Positions 23,201 to 35,653 of a stretch of 64,000 nucleotides of DNA are shown piece by piece (positions within the stretch are counted from its first letter, which is position 1; every line of letters starts with the position of its first letter). The translations under genes were made by a program, and so were the position numbers. The notes under the pieces were generated by a model, which saw only the letters and a program-made list of their open reading frames with translations, ran no database searches and was not told the DNA's origin. Location of the stretch: NCBI GenBank assembly GCA_958009085.1, contig OY253675.1:682001-746000 (forward strand), in the 5' to 3' direction. Source of the DNA: Protoeuglena noctilucae (lineage: Eukaryota).

Positions 23201-24580
23201 TGCAACGAAGGCATTCTATTGGCGGAAATAAATGGACAATACACAATATGCACATGTTCATCGCCTGCGTCGAATCGAGTGACGAAATGTCCGCTCCTGG
23301 TTTGGGCGCACTCTCTGCGTGGTTCGCGTGGCACGGTGCGACGGAGGGATGCGGAGTGAATCTGGCAGAGCACATGACCCCCCCGGGCCATGGGGAAGGC
23401 ACGGGGGGGACTTCAGCCCTGCTGGAGAGCGAACGTAGTTAGCAGGGCAAAGGAAACGGTCTATTCCACGCAGGCCTGGGAACGAGTGGCGGGTGTCACC
23501 GGACAGGTCCTGCTTGGGCGCCGCGATGAGCTTGCGGACGCAGAAGTGGCCGTACTGCGCCCTGGCCAGGTCCAGGAGGTGGGGCTTGAGCTCGGAGAGG
23601 ACCATCGCACGCTGGGCATCGTCGCCGTACTGCGGACGCACGAGGTTGTTACATCATGCGACATGACGGCAGCGTAGTAACAGTCAAATATAGATATCGA
23701 ATCCATGTGCAGGGTCTGTAACAGGGACCCGATGCGCTGCAGCAAGAGCCGCGATCGTGGCACCACAGGGCGACGTCAAACGCAGCCCTCATTGCTCCAC
23801 TCCGCGACCGTCCGCACCTTGATGACGGCCTGTACGACCCTCGACGCCGCGTGGTTGTTGGCAAGCGCCGCCAGCTGTCCCCGCATGGTGTCCAGCACTC
23901 GCTGCACCAACGCGCGACGCTCGCCCGCAGCCACGTCGTGCGGGCGGAGCTTTTCCCAGAGCGAAACGCACTCCTGGATTACCGCGAAGTTCTTCTTGAA
24001 CTTGAGCTTCTTGGACCTGGGCGGAGGGGCGCTGCCGGGCGCAGTGAGCGGGGGCGAGCAACAACAAGGTCTCGTGCCAACTGCCCGCCGACCGCGCACC
24101 TCGCCCGCTCCCGCCGCTCGGCAGCAGTTAGTTTCTCCGGCGCTGATGGCTTCGGCCTGTCCGGCTTCCCCGCCGGGGGCTTGCCCGCCGAGCGCGAATT
24201 CGCGTCCCCGCGACCGCCGGCCGCCGGCTTGACCGGGGTCTTGCCGCCCCGCTTCTGCACCCCGCCCTTGACACCGGTTGCGATCCTATCTGCAGAACAG
24301 GATGAAAATCGAGCAGGTCATAAAACGACGCCGGAGACGGCGAGGGACGCGCGGGGATGGCAGGGCACCAGCAGCCGTCCCATTCCCCCAGCTCCTGTGC
24401 CGCGGGGCCTGGTGCGAGCGAGTGCGCGCATGGAACACGTGCAAGTAAAGGCCACGCGGCATCCGGCGCAGCGAGCTCGCCTGTCCTCGCCCCACGGCCG
24501 CCGGCCCCTCCGCGTCCCCGGCCACCGCGACCCCGCCCCGACCTCCCGCCAGCATTTGACCTCCCCGGGCCGCCCTTCAT
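20031..24580 (-). CDS. PUF6: Pumilio-family nucleolar protein PUF6/PUF-A/PUM24 (CPL domain)
   Basis: Basic RGG N-terminus, then SLWEKLR, HAASRVVQAVIKYG, ARAQYGHFCVRKL, LLRHPCGCTVVDDLY, EFYGPEFALF, RILHTQDGARVAC, DEWGHTVLL..TDDT, RKDPALRRRELL and THAAKVV. Multi-exon. Stop at 20031. Confidence 0.9.
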
Positions 24581-25003
24581 GACCGAAGCAGGGCTCACGC
24601 CAACACGGAGCGCGCCGGGCCCGCGAACTCGCTCCGCCGCCGTCCTCGGCTCCTTGCGAGCTCCACGGCGTCTTTGCTGCCGACTGGCGGCGATTTCGAC
24701 CGGCGGGGACGCACGCCAGGTCTATCGTTGCGACTCACTGGTCTCTTGGTCACGAAGGGAGGCGGGAACCTGAAGCAGGGCGCGGGGACGGTCTGTGCAG
24801 CACGGCCAGAAGCTGGCAGGGCCGAGACGAGTCAACCGGGGCCGCGAGCCACCCGCCTCGTCTACTGGACAGACTTTCACACGTGTCGTTGCGGAGCCGC
24901 GGCGCCGCGTCGCCCCACCGCCCCATCTCTAGCTGTTTTCCGCCTGCTCGCACCCCACTTTTAGCCATCGCTAGCATGCGCAGCGAATTTCCGTGCTTCA
25001 GCA

Positions 25004-27519
25004 ATGACTTCAAAGACCGGAAAGCCCCTCGTAGCCATTGTGGGCGGAAGCTTCGCGGGACAGAGGTGAGCCCGCTTCTGCACATGCGAGCACTGGCCGG
25101 TGCCCGCCGCCGCTGTCATTGCCGATGACGCCGGCCTGGGCAAGCGCGCTTAAATTCGATGGACACGATACGCGAGCGCGACATCCCGACGTCATGCTCG
25201 GGCGGCTCCGCAGCGTCCGCGTGTGTGGCGTCAGCATTGGGCCTGGGCCTCGCGCCTGGCCCCTTGCTTCTTCAAAACAAGTGCCGAGACTACCTGTATG
25301 GGCAGACCTACATATAGAGCTGTGCGCGGCAATGCTGAAGCTCGGCGCGCCACAGCAGGCCCTGTTCAATGACGTTTTGTCGGGTTGCTTCCCGCAGGGC
25401 GCGCCAGGTCCTCGATAAGTATGCCAAGGCTGTGGACTATGTCATGATCGACCCCCGCGAATTCTGGGAGTATCAGCCCAGCGCCAGCAGGGCCCTCGTC
25501 GACCCGTCCAACGCCGTCCTGACCGCCCACTCCTTACCGGTGAGCCGCCGCCCGGGACCTCTTCGTTCGCAGAAACGTCATCTCACGGCTCACCGCATAC
25601 GCTGCGCCGTGCCGCTCGCGTTGTTACGTCGCGGAGCGCACGCGCTCCTGTAAAATGCATGTCGTGCTGACCCCCGCAGCCGGCCAAGCTCCTGCGCAAG
25701 CTGGTGCGCTTCGTGGCGCGCTCTGACGAGCAGGACCCAAGGGCGCGCGTCGACATCGTTTTCGATGACGGCACCGACTTGCAGGCGGACTACGTCTTGC
25801 TTTGCATGGGTTCGATGGCGGGCAGGTACTTGCAGCGATTTGCCGGCTTAACCTCTCAAATTTCATTTATTTCGGTTTATATTCCACGCATGTATCCCTC
25901 GCTGAAGTCAGGGACCCTTCAACGCTTGCGCATTGCGAGCTTCGTCAGCGAGCGTGCCTATGCTGTGCCCGCAGCCCCATCAAGGCCAGGTGCGACCGGC
26001 TCGTTTCGGAGAGCGAACAAAGAGCCGAGCTGGCGGCGTGTGCGGGGGCGCTGGAGCACGCGCAGCGCGTGTGCATCGTGGGCGGGGGACCCACCGCAGT
26101 GGAGGTCGCATCCCAGGCGAGGCTGCGGGCCCTCCCATGCGGCTCATACCTGGGCATTGCCGCTGCTCGGCTCATATCTCAGGACTGTGGTCCCGTCGCG
26201 CTGCGCAGGTGGTGGAGAGGTACGGGTCAGCGAAGGAGGTGACACTGGTGTGTGCGGACGACGCCCTTCTGTCCCATTTGGTGCCCGAGGCCAGCCGCCG
26301 CGCGCACGCATGGCTGGTGTCGCGGGAGGTCCGGGTGCTGACGGGGCACCGCGTGGTCGACTGGGGAACAGGGGCGGACGAGCAGCACAGCGAGAGCCGC
26401 ACCATCGGGTGAGGAGTGGCACAGCAAGGGATGGTGGTAACACACAGTTTCAAAGAGTGAACAGCGTATTTCATTCATTCAACTCCCCCGCCTCGCAGGG
26501 ACTCGGACCCTGCAGGCCCTCCCCCGCCGGCGTTGGAGGTGGGGCAGCGCACGGTGGTGACCGACCGGGGCGAGCGGGTGGTGGCGGACGTGGTCTTGCG
26601 TTGCACGGGCGTGACTCCTTACTGGCGGGTCGCCGGCAAGCTGCCCTGCCTGCGTGGGCTGCCCGACGGGCAGGCCTCGGGTGTGCCAGTAAACGCGCAC
26701 TTGCAAGTCATGGGCGAGGTCCGGGTCTTCGCGGCCGGTGACTGCATGGACTTGCCCTTTGAGGTGAGCGGGAGAGGCTGCTCATGGCACCGCGTGTGTC
26801 ATCAGCAGGTCTGCAGAACAGGCCCTCACGAGATGCGACACGCCTCATGTGCTTTGTTGCCAACATCGCCCCATCGCCGCCCGCAGCGCACCATCATGCT
26901 GGCCCAGACGAGCGCCAAGGTGGCCGCCACCAACATCGTCCGCCTGGCGCAAGCCGAGGCGGCGGCGGCGCGCCCGGGTGCCCGCGGCGCGCACCCTCCC
27001 GAGCTGCTCCGCTTCCCCGAGGACCCGATGCGGGGCTCGGCGCGGCTGCCGGTGGTGGCGGCCGTCGCCCTGGGAGGCGCCGCGGGGGTGCTGCAGGAGG
27101 AGGACCGGGTGCACCCGCGGTCGACGAAGGCCGTGTCGCTGCGGCGCAAGCAGATGCAGCAGACGCTGTCGGTGCAGCGAGGGAGCCGGATCGCGGCCAA
27201 GCTGGCGAGCATGGCCGAAAGCCGCCTGCCGCGGGCGATCAACCCGAACTGGCAGCCCCAGAAGGCGTGGAAGTCGACGGCGTCGCGGCTGCTGGTGGCC
27301 AACGCGGTGGCGGCGGGGGCCAGGGACACGCGAGGGACGCCAACCACGCCGGCCGCGGCCACCGCGGTGCATCCCGCGCCCGCAACGGGGGACGAGAAGG
27401 GTGACGCTGGCCAGGAGAGCCACGGGGGCGCAGACGGGGACGCGCAGAGTCATGTGCATGCCGGGGAGGCCAAAGAGAAGCACAACCGGCAGTGGGTCAA
27501 CGCGGCTAAGGTGGGATAG
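25004..27519 (+). CDS. FAD/NAD(P)H pyridine nucleotide-disulfide oxidoreductase, AIFM2/FSP1-like
   Basis: First Rossmann motif VAIVGGSFAG, then IDPREFWEY, ADYVLLCMGS, second Rossmann motif IVGGGPTAVEVA, ADVVLRCTG, VNAHLQV and VFAAGDC. Confidence 0.85.
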
Positions 27520-27853
27520 GCTAGTGGGCGTGCGAGTGGACGTGCGAGTGAACGCGCTAGTGCGTGCTAAATAGAGCGGTGAGACTCCTGATAGCATAGA
27601 TGGGTGGGCGAGCGACGGCCTTTCCAGGGCCTCGCCTCGCCGCGTTGCTTCACTTGTAGCGGACGCCTGGGCAGGCGGGCGGACCCTTGGATTGGTTTGC
27701 AGCACTCGGATGATGCGAGATGACTAGGATGACGCGGTAGCTGGCCCGGCGAGGGTGCCGCGATAGGCAACGACGTTCGTTCAAATCACGATGCTATGCG
27801 CTATCGCAACACAAGCCCAGCTTGGTCAAGACCCGCAGTGCAGCACGAGAGCA

Positions 27854-29593
27854 TCAAGGGGTCGCGACTGCCAGTGCGTACATGCGCACTTGGAAGAGCT
27901 CCTTGGGGAAATCCGTCTGCTTGGCCCTGAAAAGGAAAGAGGAAGTCACATGGCATTACAACCAAGCACATGCTTATGCCATGTAGCTTTTCCCTCAACG
28001 CATGCATACCCTTGAGATTTACATATCCTTGAAACTCACGCCCCGACCACCCCCACTCACGTCTGCACCACGCGCATCCCCGCCCGTACCGCCAGCTCCT
28101 GCATGTACTCGTGCGACCTCGTGATGGACGAGTCGTCCTTATCCACAACGAAACCCTCCTTGCACACGTTCTCCTTCACAAACACCATGCCCTGCGATGA
28201 AACACAACAGCTCTCTGTTACTGCGTCAGCACATCAGCATCAGCGCATGAGGTGTTGCCCTCCCCCCACTCCCTCTCCCTCGCTCATCCCCATCGCAACC
28301 ACCCTGCCTCCCTCACTGCCCCCATGCCGCCACGTTCTCTCACCCCCGGCTTCAGCGCCTGCCCCGCCCTTCTGAAGAAAGCCACAGCGTCGTCATCCGT
28401 CAGATACAGCAGCGCCCACTGCACCCACACCACGTCGTACCGACCCGCCTCTGCAGACAGGGCAGCATGGGTCACCATGATACACGTGCTCACTCGATTG
28501 TTACAATGCCACAGTCTGATGACCCAGGTAACACCACCACCGCCGCCCAGCGCCTCCGTCCACCCCAACCGACGCGCCTAGACGTCATCCCCGTTCAATC
28601 CACTATCTCCCAGCCGCGCATCCTCACCGATCTCCACGTCCTGCAGGCCCTGCGCGAGGAAGCGGTCGGCCTTGTGCCCCGGCGGGTGCTTGCCCGACGC
28701 CTCCGCTCTCGCCAGGTTGGCTCTCGCCGCGTCCAGCAGCTTCTGCGGCAGGAGAAAACTGTCATTTAATGCAAAAGCAGCGCACTGTGCGGACAAGGCG
28801 GCGTTGGCGGGGGCACGCTGCGCGAAATGGGCCACGCTCGCCGGCGCACGCAAACGCAGCCCCACTGCCTCCGTTCCTCCTCTAAATCCTCGGGAATGAC
28901 GCCCCGCGTGTACATCAAACACTCATCATTGCAATCGCAGCAACATATGCAGGATAACGCACCACGACCGGCTCGCAGAGATCCACGACGTCGAAGTGGT
29001 GCAGCAGTAGCTCCTCGGTGACGCGCCCCACGCCCGCGCCGCAGTCTAGGGCCACCAGTCGACGCTTACCCTCCGCCTTTTCCTTCAGCGGTCCTTGGAA
29101 CGCCGATCGCTGCGGGGCAAGCCGTCGCAGGGGAGGTCTCGGACTTTGCGGCGTCTGCCGAGGCCGCGGGGCACGCGGGACGCGCAGAGTACGCGCACGC
29201 GGATAGAAGACGCAGATGGCTGCGCATTCCGATGATTCGCTCACCAGGAATATGGAGGAGTCGCGAATGTCGACCGGAGACACGTGGCCGAAGCCGCCCA
29301 GGACCCCGTCCACGGAAGCCTCCGAATGCTCCCAATAATCCACTGCGAGAACGCGGATTCAAAGTGGGAATCGAAGCCTATGCGCACGCGCCACGCGGTG
29401 CAGCGCAGGCGCGGCGGGAACTGAGGCAACGGCTGCATCTCCCTCGCAAAACTGCTGCAGAAATGGGGCACTGCGTTTCACCTGCCTTCGCGTACCATTC
29501 CTTCGAGTCACCCCCCGGGAGCTCCCGATCCCACATCTCCTTGCGGGAGCTGTAGGTGGAGCCCGCCGTGTCCGTCCCCCTGCACGCGTCCAT
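27854..29593 (-). CDS. NTMT1: Alpha-N-terminal protein methyltransferase 1 (NTMT1/Tae1)
   Basis: WYAKAVDYWEHSEASVDGVLGGFGHVS, ALDCGAGVGRVT, YDVVWVQW, YLTDDD, KENV, DKDDSSITRS and QTDFPKELFQVRMYAL. Confidence 0.93.
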
Positions 29594-29947
29594 CGTGCCT
29601 CTCCTGCGTGACCGGACCCCGTGCCACCCGAACCAGCAAGTCCGAAGCCCAGACACCGTGCTACTGCAGGTCGAAACGACAGCCTGGATGCTCGCAGGGC
29701 CCTACTCGCAGAGGACGCTGTCGGTTTGCAATACTCGTGGGGTCTGCCCTGCTATAGAAGCTCTGCGCGCATCGATGAGTGCACGAGGACACGCGGATGG
29801 CGTGCGATGGTCGGCATGCGAAGCAATGGACGAACACGGCCACGCTTGCGACGGCTCTGCGCCCAATGCGCCAGAATTTTTTTGAGCAGTGGGCAAGTGG
29901 GCAGGCAATTTTCCCCCCTCGGATGCATTCCCTGTAGCGAGCGCCCG

Positions 29948-32006
29948 ATGCTCGCTTCATCCCGGCGCTGGTATGCGCGTCGCGATGCAGGACTGAGCGG
30001 CCGGTGGGCGCGACCCGCCCGCGCCATTGTGCGCGCAATGTCGACCGATCCTGACCTGCAGCTGGCAGTGGTCTGGCTGCGGAATGACCTTCGCGTCCGG
30101 GACAACGCTGCGCTGCGGGCCGCGGCGGATCTCTGCACGCAGGGCGCCGCGTCCCATGCCTTGCCCGTCTATACGCTAAATCCACGCACCTTCGGCACCA
30201 CGCGATGGGGAAATCCCAAGACGGGCCCATACCGCGCGCAATTCCTCATCGAGAGCGTCCTGGACCTCAAGCAACGCCTGCGCGACCTCGGTTCAGGTGC
30301 GTTGGGCGAGGAGCCTGCGCAAGCGAGCACGAATCGCCTCACTTCGCCCCTCACTGCGCTTCTGTATGTCCATGCAGATTTGCTTGTCGCTGTGGGGCAC
30401 CCTGAGGACGTATTCGCTCGGCTGGCGGGCCCCGCGCGTTCTCTGGTCGTGTTGACGCAAGAGGAGGTGACGAGCGAGGAGCTTCGCGATGATGAGCGGG
30501 TGCGGTCGGCGCTGGGATCGCGGGGGGAGCTCCGTCGCGTGCGGGGCCACACGCTAGTTCATCGGGACGACCTGCCCCTCGCTGCGGACCTCGTGGACAT
30601 GCCGGACGTCTTCACGCAATTCCGCAAGCGCGTCGAAGCAGCGATGCGCGTCCGCGACGAATCCCCGCAGCTGCGGCCCGGGGAGCTGCAGCTGCCGCCC
30701 GAGGAGTATTTCACGTCCACCGGGCTGTCTCTGGCATTTGAGCCAGCGCTCTCCGACCTCCCCACGCCCGTACCCTTCGCCAGGTGCGCATGCAACACAC
30801 TGGCCGGTGCAGTCGCGCACACCACTGCTCAGTGTGAACAATATCAGCTATCCTCGTTCGTTGCAGGCCGGTTGTTGATTCCCGCGCGTGCATGGCCTTC
30901 CTCGGTGGCGAGTCGGCCGCCCTGGCCCGCCTTCACCACTTCGTCTGGGGCCCCGACCGCCTCCCTCTCTCGTACCTGTCCACGCGGGACGGCATGGTGG
31001 GCCCGGACTACTCCACCAAGCTCGCCCCGTGGCTCGCGCTCGGGTGCGTGTCACCCCGCGTGGTGTGGCGGGAGATCAAGGCATTTGAGGATCGATTCGG
31101 GGCGACGGAATCAACGTACTGGGTGCAGTTTGAGCTCCTCTGCCGCGACTTTTTCCGATACGTGGCTCTCAAGCATGGCAACAGGATATTCCAGTGGCAT
31201 GGGCTGGTGGGGCGGGGCAGAGCAAAGGGGACGGATGGGGTGGGCACGGGTGCAGCAGATGGGGTGGGTGGGGTGACGAGTGCGGCGGGGGCAGATGGGT
31301 CGGGTGGGGCAAGCGCATCGGGTGCAGTGGCAGGTGCAGATGGGGCGACGGGGGCGAGCCTGACGGCGGAGGAGCGGTTGTGTCGGTGGAAGGAGGGCCG
31401 CACGGGCATGCCCCTGGTGGACGCGAACATGCGGGAGCTAGCTGCTACGGGGTTCATGTCCAACCGCGGTCGCCAGAACGTGGCGTCGTACCTGGTGCAC
31501 GACCTGGGCCTGGACTGGCGGCAGGGGGCCGACTGGTTCGAGAGTCTGCTGGTGGATTACGACGTGAGTTATATGAAGACTGCGGAGGTCATATGAGGGA
31601 CATATGAGGGGTAGTGCGACATGCATAGAAGGCGCGCATGCAACTCGGTAGTCCCCTCTTGCGCACGCAGGTGTGCTCGAACTGGGGCAACTGGGTGTTT
31701 CTGGCGGGCTTGAGCGGGGGCCGCGTCAACCGCTTCCACGTGACCAAGCAGGGGTTGCAGTACGACCCCGAAGGCTGCCACGCGCGGCTGTGGCTGCCGG
31801 AGTTGCGGGACGTGCCGGGCGGGCAGGTGCACGAGCCCTGGCTGCTGACGGAGGAGCAGCAGGCGGCGTGGGGCGTGCGCGTGGGCGTGGATTACCCCAT
31901 GCCCATCGTCGCGCCGAGGCCGTTTGTGCGGCTGGGAGGGGGCGAGGGGTCGCTAGGGCGAGGCAAGGGGCGGCGGGGGGCGGGTGGGAGGGGTGCAGGG
32001 CCATGA
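29948..32006 (+). CDS. CRYD: Cryptochrome DASH with a probable N-terminal organellar transit peptide
   Basis: VWLRNDLRVRDN, KTGPYRAQFLIESV, PDVFTQFRK, GGESAAL, STKLAPWLALGCVSPR, FELLCRDFF, GMPLVDANMRELAATGFMSNRGRQNVAS and DYDVCSNWGNW. Four exons. The N-terminus is Arg/Ala/Ser-rich. Confidence 0.93.
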
Positions 32007-32791
32007 CAGGTCAGGGTATAACCATAGACGTAGATGAAGATCGCGATTTAACTGGCTGAAGACGCCTGGCCAGCTTGCGACGATGGACCGGGCGGCTGAC
32101 GGGTGCACGTGTGGCGGGGTTGCCCAAGGAGGTGAGGGGTGTCGCGGTGGAGAAGCGCTCGCATCGTGCAGGGGCTGTCCGCCGTGACCGTGTGACTGTC
32201 ACGGTCTCTGTGAGCTTGCAGGACGTCCTGGTGGAGGTATTGGCTCGGGCGTCCGAGGTCGGGTGCAGCCAGGGTTGCCAGTTCAGCAACCGAGGCTGCC
32301 GCCCGTGCCGCACCATGGCGTAGCACACCCCCAAAGGGCCAAGACGTACCGCCCACGCACAAGCCGGAGCTGCGCCGACGCAGGCGGAGGAGACAGAGAT
32401 GTCACGGCGCGGGAGACGGACGTGGAGCAGCGGCAGCGGGGCACAAAGCAGATAGTAGAATCTGCGGCCGCTGCACACGCAGCTGATGCCTTTAAAGCGC
32501 GCTCCCTGGACTTAGACGAGCGATTGCTTAAAAAGAACGGGCTCATGTCTGGCAGACAGGGGCCCTCGCGAATCGTGCTCCCTCTGGCACGCCAACGTCT
32601 GGCATCTGACAGGGCATTCCCCATCCGGAACGTGCTTAAATGGCCCGGCGGGGTCCCGGGAGCGGTCATTGCTTTCATCGACGACCTCCTCAGCCTCCGA
32701 CCTAAGCAGTCAGCCTCCTCGACAAGCAGCACTCTCGCCCACCCAGGCCCGAGCACCGAGGCGCAAACCCCGACCCCCCCCCGCGGGCAAT

Positions 32792-34444
32792 ATGCCGGAG
32801 GGCGGACGCGGGCAGGTGAGACGCCCGCCAGCACAAAAACGCCCAGAAGTCGCAGTGTTGATTGGTTGCGCGCCGTCGACGCACCCCGCGCCCCGCCGCG
32901 CGGCTGGTGAACGATCCTATTGTGCTCCCACCGCCCGGCGCGCGGTCAGCGCCGCGGGGGGCCGACGCAGCGCTCCGACGCACGCGTATTTAATAGAATT
33001 TTGTGCGGCGCGTGCTCGTTTCAGCGGTGGCGGCCGCGCAGCCGCGATTGAGTCGCTGTGCTCCAGTGCTCACTGCGCTCGTCTGACCCGCCCCCCGACC
33101 CGAGCTCCCGCCTGTCCTGACCCTCCTGCACCGCGGTTCCCCCTTCAGGGCAATAAGCCATCGGGCGGGCGAGGCCACAGGGGCCCCGGCCGCGGCCACA
33201 AGGACCCCGACCAGGGCCACAAGGGCTCCAGCCGCGGCCACAAAGACTCCGGCGACGGCCAGAAGGGCCCCAACCGTGGCCATCAAGGCCCCAGCAAGAA
33301 CAACCACCACGGCGGCCGGCCCAGCACGTCCGCCTCCGCGCCCACCCCTGTCAAAAAGGGCACAGCCTTCTCCCTGATGGTTACGCGGGATGACGTGACG
33401 AATTCGGTCGCGGGCACGTTCGATTTCACGGTCACGACCAAGTTCCACTGCAACTTCACAATCCTCGTCGACCGGAGCGGGTCCATGGCATCCGATGCGG
33501 GAGGAGGGAAGACGCGCATGGAGGTGGCGCACGAGGCCTTCGAGATGTTCGTGAACGAGGTCGCCGAGAGGTGAGGCCGCGCTCGCAGCACGGCAGATGC
33601 TGGGTGCTGTGCCGGCCGGAGCACGCGGCCAGCTGGCCATGGGCGTGGCCTGCGCGCTCCATCTCACCGATGCGGGACACACTTTGGGGGTTCATCCCGT
33701 CCACCGGATCGACGTGGCGCACGCATGCCAAGTCCCTGCGCCTCCCACCGCTCCCGCAGGCGCGAGGAGGAGCTGAGCGACCTCATCTGCGTGTGGACCT
33801 TCAACCACGATGCACGCCACGCCCTCGTCGGCTCCGCAGACCGGTTCAACCTCAAGCACCACGGCCTGCAGGGGGACTTCGCGCCCGCCGGGGGCACCGA
33901 CCTGCCCCGCGCCATGCAGAAGGCCATTGCCTGGATGGAGGAGTACAACGACAAGGTCAAGAGGGACCACCACAACGCCGTCGTGCAGTGGCTGGTCGTC
34001 TTCACGGACGGCGACACCAACAGCTCCCGCCTGACCCAGGACCAGACCGTGGCCATGCTGCGGGAGGCGTCGCACTCGATCTGGAACTTCAAGGTCTGCT
34101 TCATCGGCATCGGCCAGAGCGCCAGCGAGACGGCCGTCCTGCAGGGGATGGCCGCAGCCGTCAAGGACCGCCTCGGCACCCCCGGGGGCATGGTATGCGC
34201 CACGCGCGGCACGGACATCTTGTCCATGCGCAAGGTCTTCAAGGAGGCCAGCACCGTCGTGCGCCAAATCCAGGACAAGCTCGTGTTCGTGAACGGCGAC
34301 GTGAAGCATACCTTCGAAGGGGACGCCGCGCGTCCAGCCTTGGAAGCCATGTTGAGCGGCCTGAGCCAGCTGGCCCTCGGAGGCGGCGGCAAGGGCGGCA
34401 AGGGCGGCAAGGGCGGCAGCAAGAAGCTCCTCACCGCCAAGTAA
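32792..34444 (+). CDS. von Willebrand factor A (vWA) domain protein with a Gly/His-rich N-terminus
   Basis: Exons 32792-32815, ~33149-33570 and ~33760-34444. MIDAS motif ILVDRSGSM, GGTDL, VVFTDGD and FIGIG. Confidence 0.85.
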
Positions 34445-35653
34445 GCCGGCAGTGGCTGAGGTGCTAGAGAGGTGCACGGCACCTGCCCTGCGACGCCGGC
34501 ACATGCATTTGCCATGTGAGACTCTTAGCGCTTGAATTGAGGTGGCGCACTGGTGACACACTCCCTACCTGATGCACTGCAACGTGCACATACGCATTGC
34601 CATTTTTGTGGGTGAGCTTGCAAGCGACAAGCACCACGTGCATGGACTGCAGGCGTGGGCTGCAGGTATTTGCGTTTCAAATTCGGGCAGCGCGCCTGTG
34701 AGCCCCAAAGGTGGAAAAACGGGTCGCGGGCCGCCAGGGAAAGGGGATCGTCGGGGAGGTGGGGTGAGCAGCGGGGTGGGGTAGATACAAGCTCAGGGAC
34801 TAGCAAACTTAGACAGATCGCGGGGCACGGTCGCTGCCCTGTTTGCAACACGGCGGCCCTCTCTCAGAGGGAAGAGTGAGAGCTCGCCAATAACAACGGA
34901 GCCCCCCATGCCAGTCAGCCACGGCATGGGTCAGAGCAAAACGACCCAGATGGGCTCAGCAAGGCGGCCGCAAGGGGGTGTGGGACCCAGGTCTAATCAG
35001 CGCCGGTCGGCGTGGCAACGGGTGTCGCCTCGCTAAGGGCTGCGTGGTGGCGACGCACCCAGTAATTACACCTAGCAAAACGCAAGCGGTGAGACGAACC
35101 TAGGGTGAGAGCAGGAACTTAGGTTAAAGCGCAGGCGGGGTTAGGTGCGGTGCCCAAGCGTGTGCACACGGAGGTGCACAGCTGTGGGAGAGGCTTGGCA
35201 CAGGGGAGGGGGCACAGGGTAGGGTGGGACCCAGGAAGCACTAGGGCTCAGGAACGAGGGCCTTGCCAGAAACAGAGAGCTGAGCTGGGGAGGGGTTCCG
35301 GATGATAGAAAGGCTCTCTGCTGGAGTCGCCTGGCTGGCGGTACAACATACAGTGGGGCATGGAACTAAACAAGAGCATGCGTAGCACGAAAAGAAGACG
35401 TATCACGAAAGCACGTTTTGGATGGGGCAGCAGGAACGGGGCGCGTGGGCAGCACAGGTCTGGGGCGCGGGCAGGCGTGCGATCGAGATAGAGCAAACCT
35501 CCTGTTGGTGGGATCCATATCTCGCAACGCCACGACTCAGGCCCATGCCACTGTCGCTGCGTCGCTCATCTCACAGTGGGGCGACCGTCCGTCACCCGCA
35601 GGTGCACCCCACCCCCGGTGCCGCTTGCATCTGTCCACCGGCTTGCTGATACC

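Noticed and set aside
32432..32473. Small hairpin GCAGCGG...GCAGAT-AGTAGA-ATCTGC...CCGCTGC
   Set aside because: Short interrupted stems are expected by chance at this GC content, and there are no ncRNA boxes.
34905..34930. 8-bp inverted repeat CCCATGCC...GGCATGGG in the intergenic region
   Set aside because: It is single-copy in the window, with no associated element ends or target duplication.
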